Shown piece by piece: positions 26,471 through 41,039 of a DNA stretch of 64,000 bases (position 1 is its first letter; each line of letters starts with the position of its first letter). Both the position numbers and the translations under genes were made by a program. The notes beneath the pieces were generated by a model that was not told the origin of the DNA, did not search any database, and saw only the letters and a list, made by a program, of their open reading frames with translations. The DNA is from Eledone cirrhosa. Its lineage: Eukaryota. The stretch is taken from NCBI GenBank assembly GCA_964016885.1, contig OZ024757.1:22258001-22322000 (forward strand), written 5' to 3'.

Positions 26471-27699
26471 ACTCGACTGTTTTCTCAAGCAGAGCTACTT
26501 ACCTTTCAGGTGCCCAACATCTCACATATGATCTCAAAGTCTATCAAATGTATTTTATGATGGCATCGACATTAGGGAGGTTGTTGTGTATTTGAAACAG
26601 CTAAAGAGCCCACCTGATCTTTTCTTCAGCAAGCTGAGTTCTCTTCTTATCAGCAATCACATCGTGTAGCGTGTGTTTATCATATAGATCACCAACACTA
26701 GGGAGGCTGTCATGTATTTGAGACAACTGAAAAGTCTTTTTGACTCTTTGTTTGGCAGGTCTTCTATGGTTCGATGACCTTCCCATCACCAACCACTTTA
26801 CAGAGTGTACTGGGTGCATTTATAGATCACCAGCACTAACAAGGTTAGCTGAAGAGTCTTTCTGATCCTTCGTTTAGAAAGCTTTCTATAGCTGGATACC
26901 CTTCCTATCACCAACCACTTTACAGAGTGTACTGGGTGCATTTGTAGATCACAAGGACATGTGTCCAGTAATTTACATAAGGCAGCAGTGTAGGATTTGC
27001 AGGAGATTGACTGCTATTTTTAGCAAGTTGAATGACCACAGTAAATTAATTGATGTTAGTGTTAATAAATTGAACTGCAGATCAATGACATTTAATTATT
27101 GATTTCCTTTTACTTCCCTTAGGCCTATATTAACATATCAATCGCCTCCAATTCCTTATTATTTTTGATTTATAGAGCAAAAGTATTTCACTAGCAACTA
27201 GTGGGGAATATCTCACACACCACACGTACATATACATGTATATATACACATATATACATACATATACATGTATATATACAAATACATACAGACGCCACAC
27301 ACAGAGGAAAACACAAATGACCAATAATCAATTTATTTCTAACTGGAGCGTGCACAATACACGCGCACAAACACACACACACACACACACACACTCAAAC
27401 ACACACACATACATGCATGCATAGCACACATTTCATATGTTGACACAAGCATTATAAACATTAAACACATATACACACCACACAGACACACACATCATAT
27501 ACACACCACACACATACACAAACTTTCACACACAACATACATATATACACACACATGCGTGCAATTCAAACATCACATTCCCACACACACACATACATAC
27601 ACACCCATATACACACACACACACATACACGCACAAAGAATGAATAGAAGAAAGAAAAAAGCCAAAGACAAAACTTCTGAAAGATATTAGTATTGGTTT

Positions 27700-29916
27700 C
27701 TCCTATTATACTACCATGATACACATACATACATATATATATATATACATACATACATATATACACATATATACCTCTATACACATATATACCTCTATAC
27801 ACATACATATCTATATACACATATATACACATACATACATACATATATATACATATATACACATACATACACACATACATATATACACATATATACACAT
27901 ATATACCTATATACACATACATATATACACATACATACATATATACATATACATATATACATATTTTTCTATTTCTAGGGCGGGTAAAATTCCCGTGATC
28001 CATCCTCAGCATATATATACCTACATACACATACATATATACATACATATATATATATATACCTATATACACATACATATATATATACATATATACACAT
28101 ACATATATACCTATATACACATACATATATACATATACATATATACACATATATACATATATACACATATAAACACATCCACACATGTATATACATACAG
28201 ATATATACATTTACATATACCTATACATACACACACGTGCATTTATAGAGATAAACATAACATGTAGGTACGCACACACATGTAAATATATACATATATA
28301 TGTACACACACATGTACATACATACATACATATATATGTACACATACACATGTACATACATACAGATACATATATGTGTACACATACACATGTACATACA
28401 TACACCTACATATACGTGTACACATACACATGTACATACATACACATACATATACATGTACACATACAGATGTAAATACATACACATACATATATATGTA
28501 GACATACATGTACATACATACATATTAATGTAGACATACACATGTAAATACATACACATGCATATATATGTACTTACATACACATGCATATACATACACA
28601 TACATATACATGTACATACACATACATATACATGTAGACATACACATGTAAATACATACACATACATATATATGTAGACATACACATGTAAATACATACA
28701 TATATATGTAGACATACAGATGTAAATACATACATATATAGACATACACATGTACATACATATATATACATACACATGTACATACATACACATATATATA
28801 TGTAGACATACACATACATATATACACATAGACACGTACATACATACACATACATATATATGTAGACATACACATACATATATACACATACACATGTACA
28901 TACATACATACACTTGCATATATATATGTAGACATACACATGTACATACATACACATACATATACATGTACATACATACACATATATATATATACACATA
29001 CACATGTAAATACATACACATACATATATGTATACATATACACATGTACATACATACATATACATGTAGACACACGTACATATATACACATACACATACA
29101 TGTACATACATACACATATATATATACACACACATGTAAATACATACACATACATATATGTATACATATACACATGTACATACATACATATACATGTAGA
29201 CACACGTACATATATACACATACACATGTACATACATACACATATATATATACACATACACATGTAAATACATACACATACATATATGTATACATATACA
29301 CATGTACATACATACATATACACATGTACATACATACATATACATGTAGACACACGTACATATATACACATACACATGTACATACATACACATACATACA
29401 TATATATACATACACATGTACATACATACATATACATGTACATACATACATACACATATATATATACACATACACATGTAAATACATACACATACATATA
29501 TGTATACATATACACATGTACATATATACACATACATATACATGTAGACATACACATACATATATACACATACACATGTACATACATACACATACATATA
29601 CATGTACATACATACACATATATATATACACATACACATGTAAATACATACACATACATATATGTATACATATACACATATACATGTAGACACACATATA
29701 TACACATACACATGTACATACATACATATACATGTAGACACACGTACATATATACACATACACATGTACATACATACACATACATACATATATATACATA
29801 CACATGTACATACATACAACTGTTAACTTGAAACAGATGTTATGCATGAAGGGACATGAAAAGATGAAACTGTGTTATACAAAGGATGAATGATCAAGGT
29901 TAAGTTATTGCATTGA

Positions 29917-29957
<41 letters not shown>

Positions 29958-30178
29958 GTATGTGTATATATATATATATACATATATGTATACATATATA
30001 TATATACATATATATATATCCTCTCCTCTCCTCACCGTTTTACGTCCGTTCTTCCACAGTGCATATATAGTATGTATGTGTGTATATGGTATGTATGATT
30101 GTGTGTATGTATGTATATATATATATGTACATGTGTGAATGCGTATATATGTATGTTTGTGTATGTATGTATGAATAA

Positions 30179-30217
<39 letters not shown>

Positions 30218-30299
30218 TATATATACCCACATTCACATATGTACATACATGCATATATACATACATATGTGTATATATATATATATATATTCCCCATTT

Positions 30300-30334
<35 letters not shown>

Positions 30335-30561
30335 AACATATATACATAGATATATATATATGTGTATATATCTCAACCCACATTCACATATGTACATATA
30401 TACATGGATATATACATATACATTAATACATGTTATATACACACATATATGCGTATGTATGCATGTATATATATGTACATATATATATATATATGTACAT
30501 ATATATATATATATATACATATATGTACATATATATATATGTACATATATATATATATATA

Positions 30562-30633
<72 letters not shown>

Positions 30634-30709
30634 CATATATGTACATATATATATATATATATATATGTACATATATATGTACATATATATATATGTACAT
30701 ATATATATA

Positions 30710-30753
<44 letters not shown>

Positions 30754-30778
30754 TGTACATATATATATATGTACATAT

Positions 30779-30810
<32 letters not shown>
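27700..30810. repeat. Large complex (CA/TA)-derived satellite (tacacatgtacatacata modules; atatgtacatat modules)
   Basis: Direct reading; all overlapping ORFs are Y/I/H/T/C/V artefacts. Confidence 0.9.
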
Positions 30811-30811
<1 letters not shown>

Positions 30812-31009
30812 AGGAGTGGACGGACCCAGCATATTTATCAATGCCAGTACCGGTTGTATCTCAGGGTACTCAATAGGTAATGTAGGATACACTCCCAGAG
30901 TATACACAGAGTTATTAGCTTCAACACAACACACGTAAAACGCACATGTGTGTGTGTATGTATATATATATAATCCTTTACACAAGCATACATACACATA
31001 TATGCATGC

Positions 31010-31052
<43 letters not shown>

Positions 31053-31349
31053 AATACATGTGCATATATATACTTACACACCACACATACATGTATGTAC
31101 ATATGCAAATACACATGCACACACACATACACAGACAGAAAGAGACACAGCATACACACTGGCAGGCACAAGTGTGCACACACACACATGCACATGCCTT
31201 CACGTGTCCACAGGCACACACAGTGAAACAAACGGTATTGCTCCACATAAACAACATTAACCCTTTACCTATATTTCTGATTAAATATTTTGTAGTTGAA
31301 TTAATTTATAAGGAATTTGTAGGGATTTGCTAATTTTTTCTAATTATAA

Positions 31350-31722
31350 TTAGCAATTATAATGGGCGCCTACTCAGAAGAACAAGGCAAACAATTCCAC
31401 CAAGATATGAAAGAGATAGAGCAGAGGTTCCAGGGCCACTACAATGAAAAAATGATGGGGGACTATATCTGGGGGCTAGTGTGGGAATGCGACCTGGACT
31501 ACAACCGCAAAATCCAGGAAATCCAGTCATTTCTGACGTGTATAAGTTACTTTATAAGTGTTATTTGTTTTTACTTGTTTACTTTTGATAAGCTTGCGTA
31601 ATAAAATAAATATATAACTCTGTTGATTTAATTATATGAACTGATAAATTTTTTTTAAAATGTGTTTTTTCTTGAAAAATATGAAAATTTCGAAATATCA
31701 AACTTCTGATTAAATAATAGTG
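31350..31722 (+). mobile_element. 3' fragment of a DNA transposon, probably Chapaev3 (CMC)-like transposase C-terminus
   Basis: MGAYSEEQGKQFHQDMKEIEQRFQGHYNEKMMGDYIWGL resembles the recalled motif LGAVSDEHGERFHQDI..ME.RYQG.W...M.ADYCW.L; possible terminus ..AGTG at 31722. Superfamily call is from memory. Confidence 0.6.
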
Positions 31723-31731
31723 TTTTTTTAT

Positions 31732-33205
31732 AATAATTGTTTCTACTTTTGGCACAAGGCCAACAATTATCCCAGTGTATTACTGGTACTTTATTTTATC
31801 GACCCCGTAAGGATGAAAGCAAGGTTAACCTCAGCGGGATTTGAACTCAGAATGGCAAGGGCCGTAACTCTATGCGTCAAAGCATGGCATCCAACCCCCC
31901 CTACCGATACTGCCAATCCACCGCCCTGTGAATATATCCATCCTCTGTGAATATAAGATTAATGAAAGGCAACTATCAGAATGAGTAAAAAGAAGAACAA
32001 AGTATTCTGAAATAGGGTGTGAACGAGGATGTAAAACAATAATTCTTCCTTTGATGTCAGCATGGGGACAGAAAATCCACTGAAATATGTGAATTATTTG
32101 GTCATTTAGATTTTACACTTGTTACACACTAGATTGATTGTTTACATGGTAACTTTTACAGTAATGATCTTTTAATATTCCCTAAGATGATCATCCAACA
32201 AGCTGTTAAACTTGTTAAACTTGAGTAAATCTTGTTAATTTATTCAAAGATTTAAACTTTAAAACCATAATGAACACCAACAATAATTTACTTTATCTTT
32301 ATATTCAGATAGTTATACCACTACTGTAGAAAACCTAATGAAATGCTTAAATTACATCCACAAGAATTTGAACCACAATTTCTCCTAATAATCGATCCAA
32401 TATATGAATATCTGATTGTCTAACATATCAGAGGAGTTAAGCCTTTTGATATCAAACTTCCTGAAACCACCCTGAATTTACAATGCAAAACTGATCCTTT
32501 TAAAATATCTTTACTGATATTAAATCCTTCCATCATAATATATGCAAACGAGTCTCTTCAGCTGATGTTCCATGTGCAAAAACCACATAAGCTGTAACAT
32601 ACACTTGTCTCAGTAGCCTGAGACTGATGATGGATAAACATCCAGAAATAGCTATCTGACAGTCTTTCCCCGACTAAGATAGCTGTAACATGATAACAGC
32701 TTTTAAAAGATTCATAACACGACTCTTGTATGGTTATTATACATGACAATAACGGTAGTGTATTGGCAGTATCAGAAGAGCATCGAACAACATTCTTTGT
32801 GGTATAGAGTTATGGCCCTTTATGTTCTGAGTTCAAATCCTGCTGTGATTAGCTTTGCCTTCATACTTATGGGGTCGATATAATATAATATCAGTAATAC
32901 ACTGGGATCAATTTAATCGACTTCTCCTCTCCCCAGAAGGCTATACAGATATATATATACATACATACACACACACATATATATATACATACACACAACA
33001 GGTACTAGCAGGGAAGGCGGAGTGGCAGTATCAGTAGAGGGTTGGACGCTGTGCTTTGCAGCAAAGAGTTACGGCCCTTTATGGTCTGAGTTCAAATCCT
33101 GCCGAGGTTAACTTTGCCTTTCATCCTTACGGGGGTCGATAAAATAAAGTACCAGTAATACACTGGGATAATTGCTGGCCTTGTGCCAAAAGTAGAAACA
33201 ATTAT
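31732..33205. mobile_element. Three SINE-B copies: 31732-31926 (-), about 32752-32935 (+, old), 33012-33205 (+)
   Basis: SINE-B head, core and tail motifs. Confidence 0.82.
32618..32662 (+). ncRNA. Type-I hammerhead motif
   Basis: ctgaga-CTGATGA-TGGAT(aaac)ATCCA-GAAA-TAGCTA-TC-tgacag; perfect stems II and III, two mismatches in stem I. Confidence 0.65.
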
Positions 33206-33297
33206 ATATATAATATGAGAGAGAATAATGCTTACATAGTCAGCTATTTGTAAATTAAGAAATGAGAGAAATCCGTGGATGTATATGTGTGCATATA

Positions 33298-34192
33298 CGA
33301 GGTGTGTTAGTAAAGGTCCAGGACTGATGCCACAAAAGATTTATTTCAAACCCAAACTTCACACTAAGAGTTTTCTCCTTCAAAGTAATCCCCCTGGAGT
33401 ATGTAACTGTAATCTTAGCTCTCTGCAGCGATCAAACTTTTTTCTTCATAATTTTATATACATGTCCTCTGTTTCAGGTCGTCAAGCAATGAGCACAGAG
33501 TAACGAACAAACTTGAAAACTCCGTCAGAAGCACTGGGATTGCTGCAGCAAGTGTATGAAGATGAGACGATGTCATGGTCACGTGTTTTTGAGTGGTGCA
33601 AGAGGTTTAAAGAAGGACGCGAGGATGTGGAAGATGACCCCAGGAGCGGAAGGCTCTCAACAACCAGGACTGAGGTCAACGTTGAGTGCGTCAGGCAGAT
33701 GGTGCGTAGCAATCGTCGGCTGACTGTTCGACTGATGGCAAATGAGCTGGGCATGAATCGGGACTGCGTCTGGAAGATTCTCGCTGCAGATTTGGACATG
33801 CAGAAAGTCTGCGCGAAGATGGTGCCAAAACTGCTGAACGATGACCAGAAGGGTCGACGCATGCAAGTGTGCCAGGACATCCTCGAGCGTCTTGAAACCG
33901 AGCCAGACTTGCTAGGGACAGTCATCACCGGTGATGAGTCATGGATCTTCGAGCACGACTCAGATGGGACCCGTTTTGAAGACGTGGACGACATCAAACA
34001 GGCCGTGACAACGGCACTGCGGAGGATCCCGGAAGAATCCTCTAGGAGTGCATGCAAGCATGGCAGAAAAGGATGGAAAAGTGCATTAGACACCAGGGGG
34101 ATTACTTTGAAGGAGAAAACTCTTAGTGTGAAGTTTGGGTTTGAAATAAATCTTTTGTGACATCAGTCCTGGAACTTTTCTGACCCACCTCA
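33298..34192 (+). mobile_element. Internally deleted mariner element with about 100-bp inverted termini
   Basis: VFEWCKRFKEGREDVEDDPRSGR, KVCAKMVPKLL, VITGDESWIF, then a jump to GTRFEDVDDIK; frameshifted GDYFEGE end; TA flanks; 33298-33400 is the reverse complement of about 34090-34192. Confidence 0.93.
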
Positions 34193-34201
34193 TATATATA
34201 T

Positions 34202-34246
<45 letters not shown>

Positions 34247-34324
34247 TATATATATATACACACACACACAGGCAGACAGACAATCAGACTAGACAACACA
34301 GAGTATTGGTGAATATTACTCTTT

Positions 34325-34709
34325 CTATTTCTCCCTCATCACACACACATACTCACAGACACTCAGGCACACACTCACAGACACTCAGACACACATATAC
34401 ACAGACACACACTCAAAGACATTCAGAGATGTACATACACACACACACACAGGCATTCAGAGGCACACACAGACATTCAGAGAGACACACACACACGGAC
34501 ACACAGACATTCAGAGACACACACACACAGAGACACACAGACATTCAGAGACACACAGACATTCAGAGACACACACACATTCAGAGACACACACACACAG
34601 ACACAGAAACACATACACACAGACATTCAGACACACACACACACACACACACACATTCAGAGACACACACACACAGACATTCAGAGACACAGACAGACCG
34701 ACATTCAGA

Positions 34710-34750
<41 letters not shown>

Positions 34751-34795
34751 AGACACACTCAGAGACACAGACACAGACACACATACACAGACAGA
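34325..34795. repeat. (CA)-rich satellite with cagacattcagagaca module
   Basis: Direct reading. Confidence 0.85.
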
Positions 34796-35399
34796 TCTAA
34801 AGACCTAGAAATATATGAGAGAAAAGCCAGATGAAAGGAAGTCTGAGCTGACTTAGTGTGTGTTTGTCACACACCAGCAGCGAGGCAAGGAAAAGCAAGG
34901 AAAAAGCAAGGAAAAGCAAGGAAAATAACCGGCCAATCGATGCTCCATTTGTTAACTGTAAACTCTGAATGCCTTCTTTTCATCATGAAGAGGATGTGAT
35001 AGCTTTTGATATTGAACTAAATTATCCCCCGCTATCCTATTGAGTTCAATCAAACAGGTCCCATACTATGCCCCCCTCTCTCACTTTGTCAATGAAATAT
35101 TACTTATGAAATCAATATATATTATAGATCGGTCGGGGTAAGTGTATTTGTGTGTGGTGGTGGTGGTGTGCGGGGTGGGGAATTATGTTTTTTGTTGTTA
35201 TTTTTAATTAATATTTAGATTTCTTGTTTGTGGGGGGTGGGGTGGTTATAGTCGGTAGAGAGGTTATGGGTGGGGGTTATAGTCGGTAGAGGGGTTATGA
35301 GTGGGGGATATAGTTGGTAGAGGGGTTATGGGTAGGGGGGGGGTTCTAGATGGGACTGATTTATTTTCAATATTTTATTATCACTAATTTTTTGTTGGT

Positions 35400-36300
35400 G
35401 TTATTGTTGTAATGGTAGTAACATTGGTGGTGATGTTGTTGTTGTTGGTGTTGTAGTAATAGTAGTGTCATCAATGTTAGAGTTGGTGGCGGTGTTGTGG
35501 CTGCTGCTGCTGTTGCTTTTATTGGTGGTGTAGTGGTGGTGGTGGCAGTGGTGGTGGTGGTGGTGGTGGTGGTAATAGCGGCGGTGCTGGTGATAGTTGT
35601 GGTAGTGTTGATTGTAGTGGTAGTAGTGGTGGTGGTGATGGCGGTGGTAGTGGTGACAGTGGTAGTGGTGATTGTAGTAGTACTGATAGTAGTAGTGGCG
35701 ATAGTGGTAGTAGTGATGGTGATGACGGTGGTGGTGGTGGTGGTGGTGGTGGTGACGGTAGTGGTGGTGGTGGTGACGGTAGTGGTGATGGTGACGGTAG
35801 TGGTGGTGGTGGTGGTGGTGGTGACGGTAGTGGTGGTGATGGTGACGGTAGTGGTGGTGGTGGTGATGGTAGTGGTGGTGATGGTGACAGTAGTGGTGGT
35901 GGTGGTGGTGACGGTAGTGGTGGTGGTGGTGGTGGCGGTAGTGGTGGTGGTGGTGGTGACGGTAGTGGTGGTGGTGGTGACGGTAGTGGTGGTGGTGGTG
36001 GTGGTGGTGACGGTAGTGGTAGTAGTGATGGTGATGACGGTGGTGGTGGTGGTGACGGTAGTGGTGGTGGTGGTGGTGATGGTAGTGGTGGTGGTGGTGA
36101 TGGTAGTGGTGGTGGTGGTGGTGATGGTAGTGGTGGTGATGGTGACGGTAGTGGTGGTGGTGGTGGTGGTGACGGTAGTGGTAGTAGTGATGGTGATGAC
36201 GGTGGTGGTGGTGGTGACGGTAGTGGTGGTGGTGGTGGTGATGGTAGTGATGGTAGTGATGGTGGTAGTGGTGATCGTAGTGGATGTTGCTGTTGTTGTT
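35400..36300. repeat. (GGT)n satellite with gacggta interruptions
   Basis: Direct reading. Confidence 0.95.
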
Positions 36301-36428
36301 AGTGAGCGTGCTAGTTGGGGCTGTTTCTTTAATTGCTTTTACTTCCATAGTTAACTAGTGCCACACATATATACACACAAACACACACACACCAACATAT
36401 ATATTCATACACACACACATATGTATAC

Positions 36429-36481
<53 letters not shown>

Positions 36482-36671
36482 TGTTTGTCACGCATGTATA
36501 CATATAAACATACACACCAACATATATATTTATACATACATGTGTGTGTGTATGTGTGCCATGCAATGTACACATATAAACATACAAACCTACATATATA
36601 TATATATATACATATACACACACATACACACATATATATATATATACACAGGCACAAGCGCAGACAAATAA

Positions 36672-36702
<31 letters not shown>

Positions 36703-37159
36703 AACACACAAGGAGGAAACTATTAAAAAACAAATGGAAATGAATGTCAATGGTGATGCTGTTGTCACTGGTGATAAGAATATTGAGAGAGAGGGGGGGT
36801 GGGGAGAGAGAGGGGGAGAGAGAGTGGGAGAAAGAGAGAGTGGGAGAGAGAGAGAGCGGGAGAGAGAGAGGGGGGGGAGAAAGAGAGAGAGCGGAATGAA
36901 GAAAGACGATAAAAAAAACCCCTTCTATTTGCTAGTTTTTCTTAAATGTAAATCAATAAGTCGGTGTTGTAATATCGATGGCCAAAGTATTTGATCCTTT
37001 TGTAAGAGGGCTGGCAGTAAATATTGACAGGATAATAATAGCTTCAACAAGTGGGTCACTAATGCTTTATAGAGGTTTTAACCCTTTTGTTATCAACTCC
37101 TTCTGAAACCAGCCCAGTGGCGAAGGGTAACCTGGAAAGCAGGGCAAGCAGTCCAATCG

Positions 37160-38370
37160 CCATCACCACCATCACCGTTGTCACCATCATCGTTGTCACC
37201 ACCATCACCACCATCATCGTTGTCACCACCATCATCACCATCACCATCGTTGTCACCATCATCACCACCATCACCACCATCATCACCACCATCATCGTTG
37301 TCACCATCATCGTCACCATCATCACCACCATCGTCACCATCATCACCACCACCATCACCATCATCACCATCATCATCGTTGTCACCACCATCACCACCAT
37401 CATCGTTGTCACCACCATCACCACCATCATCGTTGTCACCACCATCACCACCACCACCACCATCATCACCATTATCATCACCATCATCACCACCATCACC
37501 ACCACCATCATCACCACCATCACCATCACCACCATCACCATCACCACCACCACCACCATCACCACCACCACCACCATCACCACCATCATCGTTGTCACCA
37601 TCATCGTCACCATCATCACCACCATCGTCACCATCATCACCACCATCATCGTTGTCACCACCATCACCATCACCATCACCATCATCACCACCATCATCGT
37701 TGTCACCATCATCGTCACCATCATCACCACCATCGTCACCATCATCACCACCATCATCGTTGTCACCACCATCACCATCACCATCACCATCATCACCACC
37801 ATCATCGTTGTCACCATCATCGTCACCATCATCACCACCATCGTCACCATCATCACCACCATCATCGTTGTCACCACCATCACCACCACCATCACCACCA
37901 TCATCGTCCCCATCATCACCACCACCACCACCACCACCACCATCACCACCATCATCGTTGTCACCATCATCGTCACCATCATCACCACCATCGTCACCAT
38001 CATCACCACCATCATCGTTGTCACCACCATCACCACCACCATCACCACCATCATCGTCCCCATCATCACCACCACCACCACCACCACCACCATCATCGTT
38101 GTCACCATCATCGTCATTAACCTTCTTCTCTTCCTCATCATCATCATCATTATCCGTATTATCATCAATGTCATTATCATCATCATCATCACTGTCATCA
38201 CCATTATCATCATCACTGTCAACATCATCACCATTATCATCATCATCACCGTCATCATCATCACCATTATCATCACCGTCATCATCATCACCATTATCAT
38301 CACTGTCAACATCATCACCATTATCATCATCACTGTCAACATCACCACCATTATCATCACTGTCAACATA
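37160..38370. repeat. (CAC/CAT)n satellite with higher-order duplications
   Basis: Direct reading; repeated catcatcgttgtcaccatcatcgtcaccatc blocks. Confidence 0.95.
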
Positions 38371-39129
38371 TTTCTGATACTATCTACCAGTTACATTTGG
38401 CAGAAAGAGCAATGTGAAATAAAGTGTCTTGTTCAAGGACATAATGCATTCCTCTGTCCGGGAATCGAACATGCAACCTCATGATTGTGAATCCAATTCT
38501 CTAACCACTAAGCCACATGCCTTCACATGAAAGTATAGTCTGGATAAATTCAAACTCCATCTCATTTTCCCAATTGATGAAGCTTCCAGCTGCATCTTCC
38601 ACAATTTTGACATCCACCATACTTTGTCAAGATGCTGACATCTTATCCTCAGCAAGCTTTTGCTTGATGAAAACAAATGACATAAAGCAACAGGTCTTCT
38701 CTTACACTATAAAATAAATAATTAATTCTAACTCAGTTGGGTTATAATGATCTTAGTATTGAAATTCTGATAATTTTATATTAAAGCTTTTGTTTCCTAA
38801 TACTAAACTGGTTTCCTTATTCTTGGCATTAGTTTGGTGACAGTTGCAAATCTCCTTCTCACAAATGCTCTTATTTTACTAAGCTTTTAATTCCTCACAC
38901 TCCTCATTAAATTTATTACAGTTTCTGATTAAATTTCAAATCATTCAATACACAGAGTCTACAGAAGTTTGTGAAACCAGTTTCTAATCCTGGTTTTCAA
39001 TTTACCTGTCAGGTTAAACAAGGTGTTAATTTGCTGCAAAATATTTTCTTAATTAATAAAAAATACAGTAAAATGTTAATTATTTAAAGGATATTTTTCT
39101 TCTCTTCTAGTAAGCAAGAAAAAGTTGGA

Positions 39130-39560
39130 CTTAGCCACAACAAAATGCACCCAGTACACTCTGTCAGGTGTTAATGCTGGTGCCACAATGAAATACACCC
39201 AGTACACTGTCAGGTGTTAGTGTTGGTGTCACAATGAAATAACACCCAGTACACTCTGTCAGGTGTTAATGCTGGTTCCACAATAAAATACACCCAGTAC
39301 AGTCTGTCAGGTGTTAGTGTTGGTGTCACAATACAATACACCCAGTACAGTCTGTCAGGTGTTAGTGTTGGTGCCACAACAAACATGTATGGAGTCTATA
39401 CTGTAAGTTTCTCAGATTGGTGCCACTACAAAAGTACCCAGTCCAGCCTATAAGCTGGTAGTGCTGGTGCCATAAGAAAAGTTCTGTCCCACCATGTAAG
39501 GTGGTAGTACTGGTACCATGGCACAACACACCATGACCACCCTCTAAGGAGGTTGTGCTG
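39130..39560 (+). repeat. About 45-bp minisatellite related to the RTE/SINE-A 3'UTR module
   Basis: gtgccacaatgaaatacacccagtacactctgtcaggtgttagtgttg vs gtgccacggcaaaaaagcacccagcactcactgtaaa. Confidence 0.7.
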
Positions 39561-39599
39561 GTGTTACAACAACAAAAAAAAATTGTTTTTGTTTAAGAT

Positions 39600-39910
39600 T
39601 GAATAGGTTTAAGGTTTGTGGCAGTTGTTGGTTAAGGTTAGGGTTTGTAACAGTTGTTTGAGGGTTAGGGTTAAGTTTTGTGGCAGTTGTTGTTGTTTAG
39701 GGTTAGGGTTTGTAGAAGTTGTTGTTTGAAGTTAGGGTTTATAACAGTTGTTAGGGTTAGGATTTGCAGCAGTTGTTGTTTGAAGTTAGGGTTTGTAACA
39801 GTTGTTGTTTAGGATTAAGGGTTTGTAACTCTTGTAGTTGTTCAGGGTTAAGTCTTATAGCAGTTGTTGTTTAGAATTAATGTTAAGGTTTGTGAGAGTT
39901 GTTGTTGGTT
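39600..39910 (+). repeat. Degenerate about 30-bp repeat containing TTAGGG
   Basis: cagttgttgtttagggttagggtttgtaa-type units. Confidence 0.7.
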
Positions 39911-40159
39911 AGAGTAGCAGTCATTGATGTTTAGTCCTCAGTCACTCCCAAGTCAGCACTGGAACTGCCATTAGACATTCCACAGAAGACCATCCTACCT
40001 TTGAAACTCTACAGTAATAGACTGCAGTATAGGGAATCTCTTCTAATTAAAATTCAAAACATCTTACGTGATGAAAGAATGATATGAACTTTCAACAACA
40101 TATTTGATTTTCTCGTTTATTTCATAGTTAAGTGCAATATTTGGTGTAGCAGAAGATTA

Positions 40160-40830
40160 CATACACACACACACACATACACCTGTATGAATGTATAGTA
40201 ACACAAACATGCAAATATATATGGATGTGCTCATCTAAAGTATATACATACATGTATGTATATAACTAGGTGTATGTGTGTATATATATATATATATATA
40301 TTATACACACACACACATACACCTGTGTGAATGTATAGTAACACAAACATGCAAATATATATGGATGTGCTCATCTAAAGTATATACACACATGTATGTA
40401 TATAACTAGGTGTATGTGTGTTATATATATATTATACACACACACACACCTGTGTGAGTATATAATACTAACACAAACATGCAAATATATATGAATGTGC
40501 TCCTCTCAAGTATATACATACATGTACGTATGTATATAAATAGGTGTATGTGTGTATATATATATATATTATACACACACACACACATCTGTGTGTATAT
40601 ACTAACACAAACATACAAATATATATGGATGTGCTCATCTAAAGTATATACATACATGTATGTATGTATATAAATAGGTGTATGTGTGTATATATATATA
40701 TATATATTATACACACACACACATCTGTGTGTATATACTAACACAAACATACAAATATATATGGATGTGCTCATCTAAAGTATATACATACATGTATGTA
40801 TGTATATAAATAGGTGTATGTGTGTATATA
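40160..40830. repeat. About 120-bp tandem repeat, 5-6 copies
   Basis: taacacaaacat.caaatatatatggatgtgctcatctaaagtatatacata recurring. Confidence 0.85.
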
Positions 40831-41004
40831 TATATAGAAATATATATATGCATACATATTAATATGTATATAAATATGCAAGCACATGTAAACGCCCCCC
40901 CCCCCTCCCCCACACACACAACAACATATAAAATCAAAGATATAACACTGTATATATTGTTCAAAGGAGGTTCTGTCCATGCATGTGTGTGCATATATAT
41001 ATAT

Positions 41005-41038
<34 letters not shown>

Positions 41039-41039
41039 G

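Noticed and set aside
26846-26895. CTGAAGA...GAAAGCTT hammerhead-like string
   Set aside because: Stem II does not pair and the 3' part belongs to an RTE 3'UTR relic
32319-32397. Possible exon after ctttatattcag (SYTTTVENLMKCLNYIHKNLNHNFS*)
   Set aside because: Short, no recognisable domain, no partner exons identified
39600-39910. Telomere or chromosome-fusion scar
   Set aside because: Never more than two consecutive TTAGGG and no head-to-head CCCTAA block
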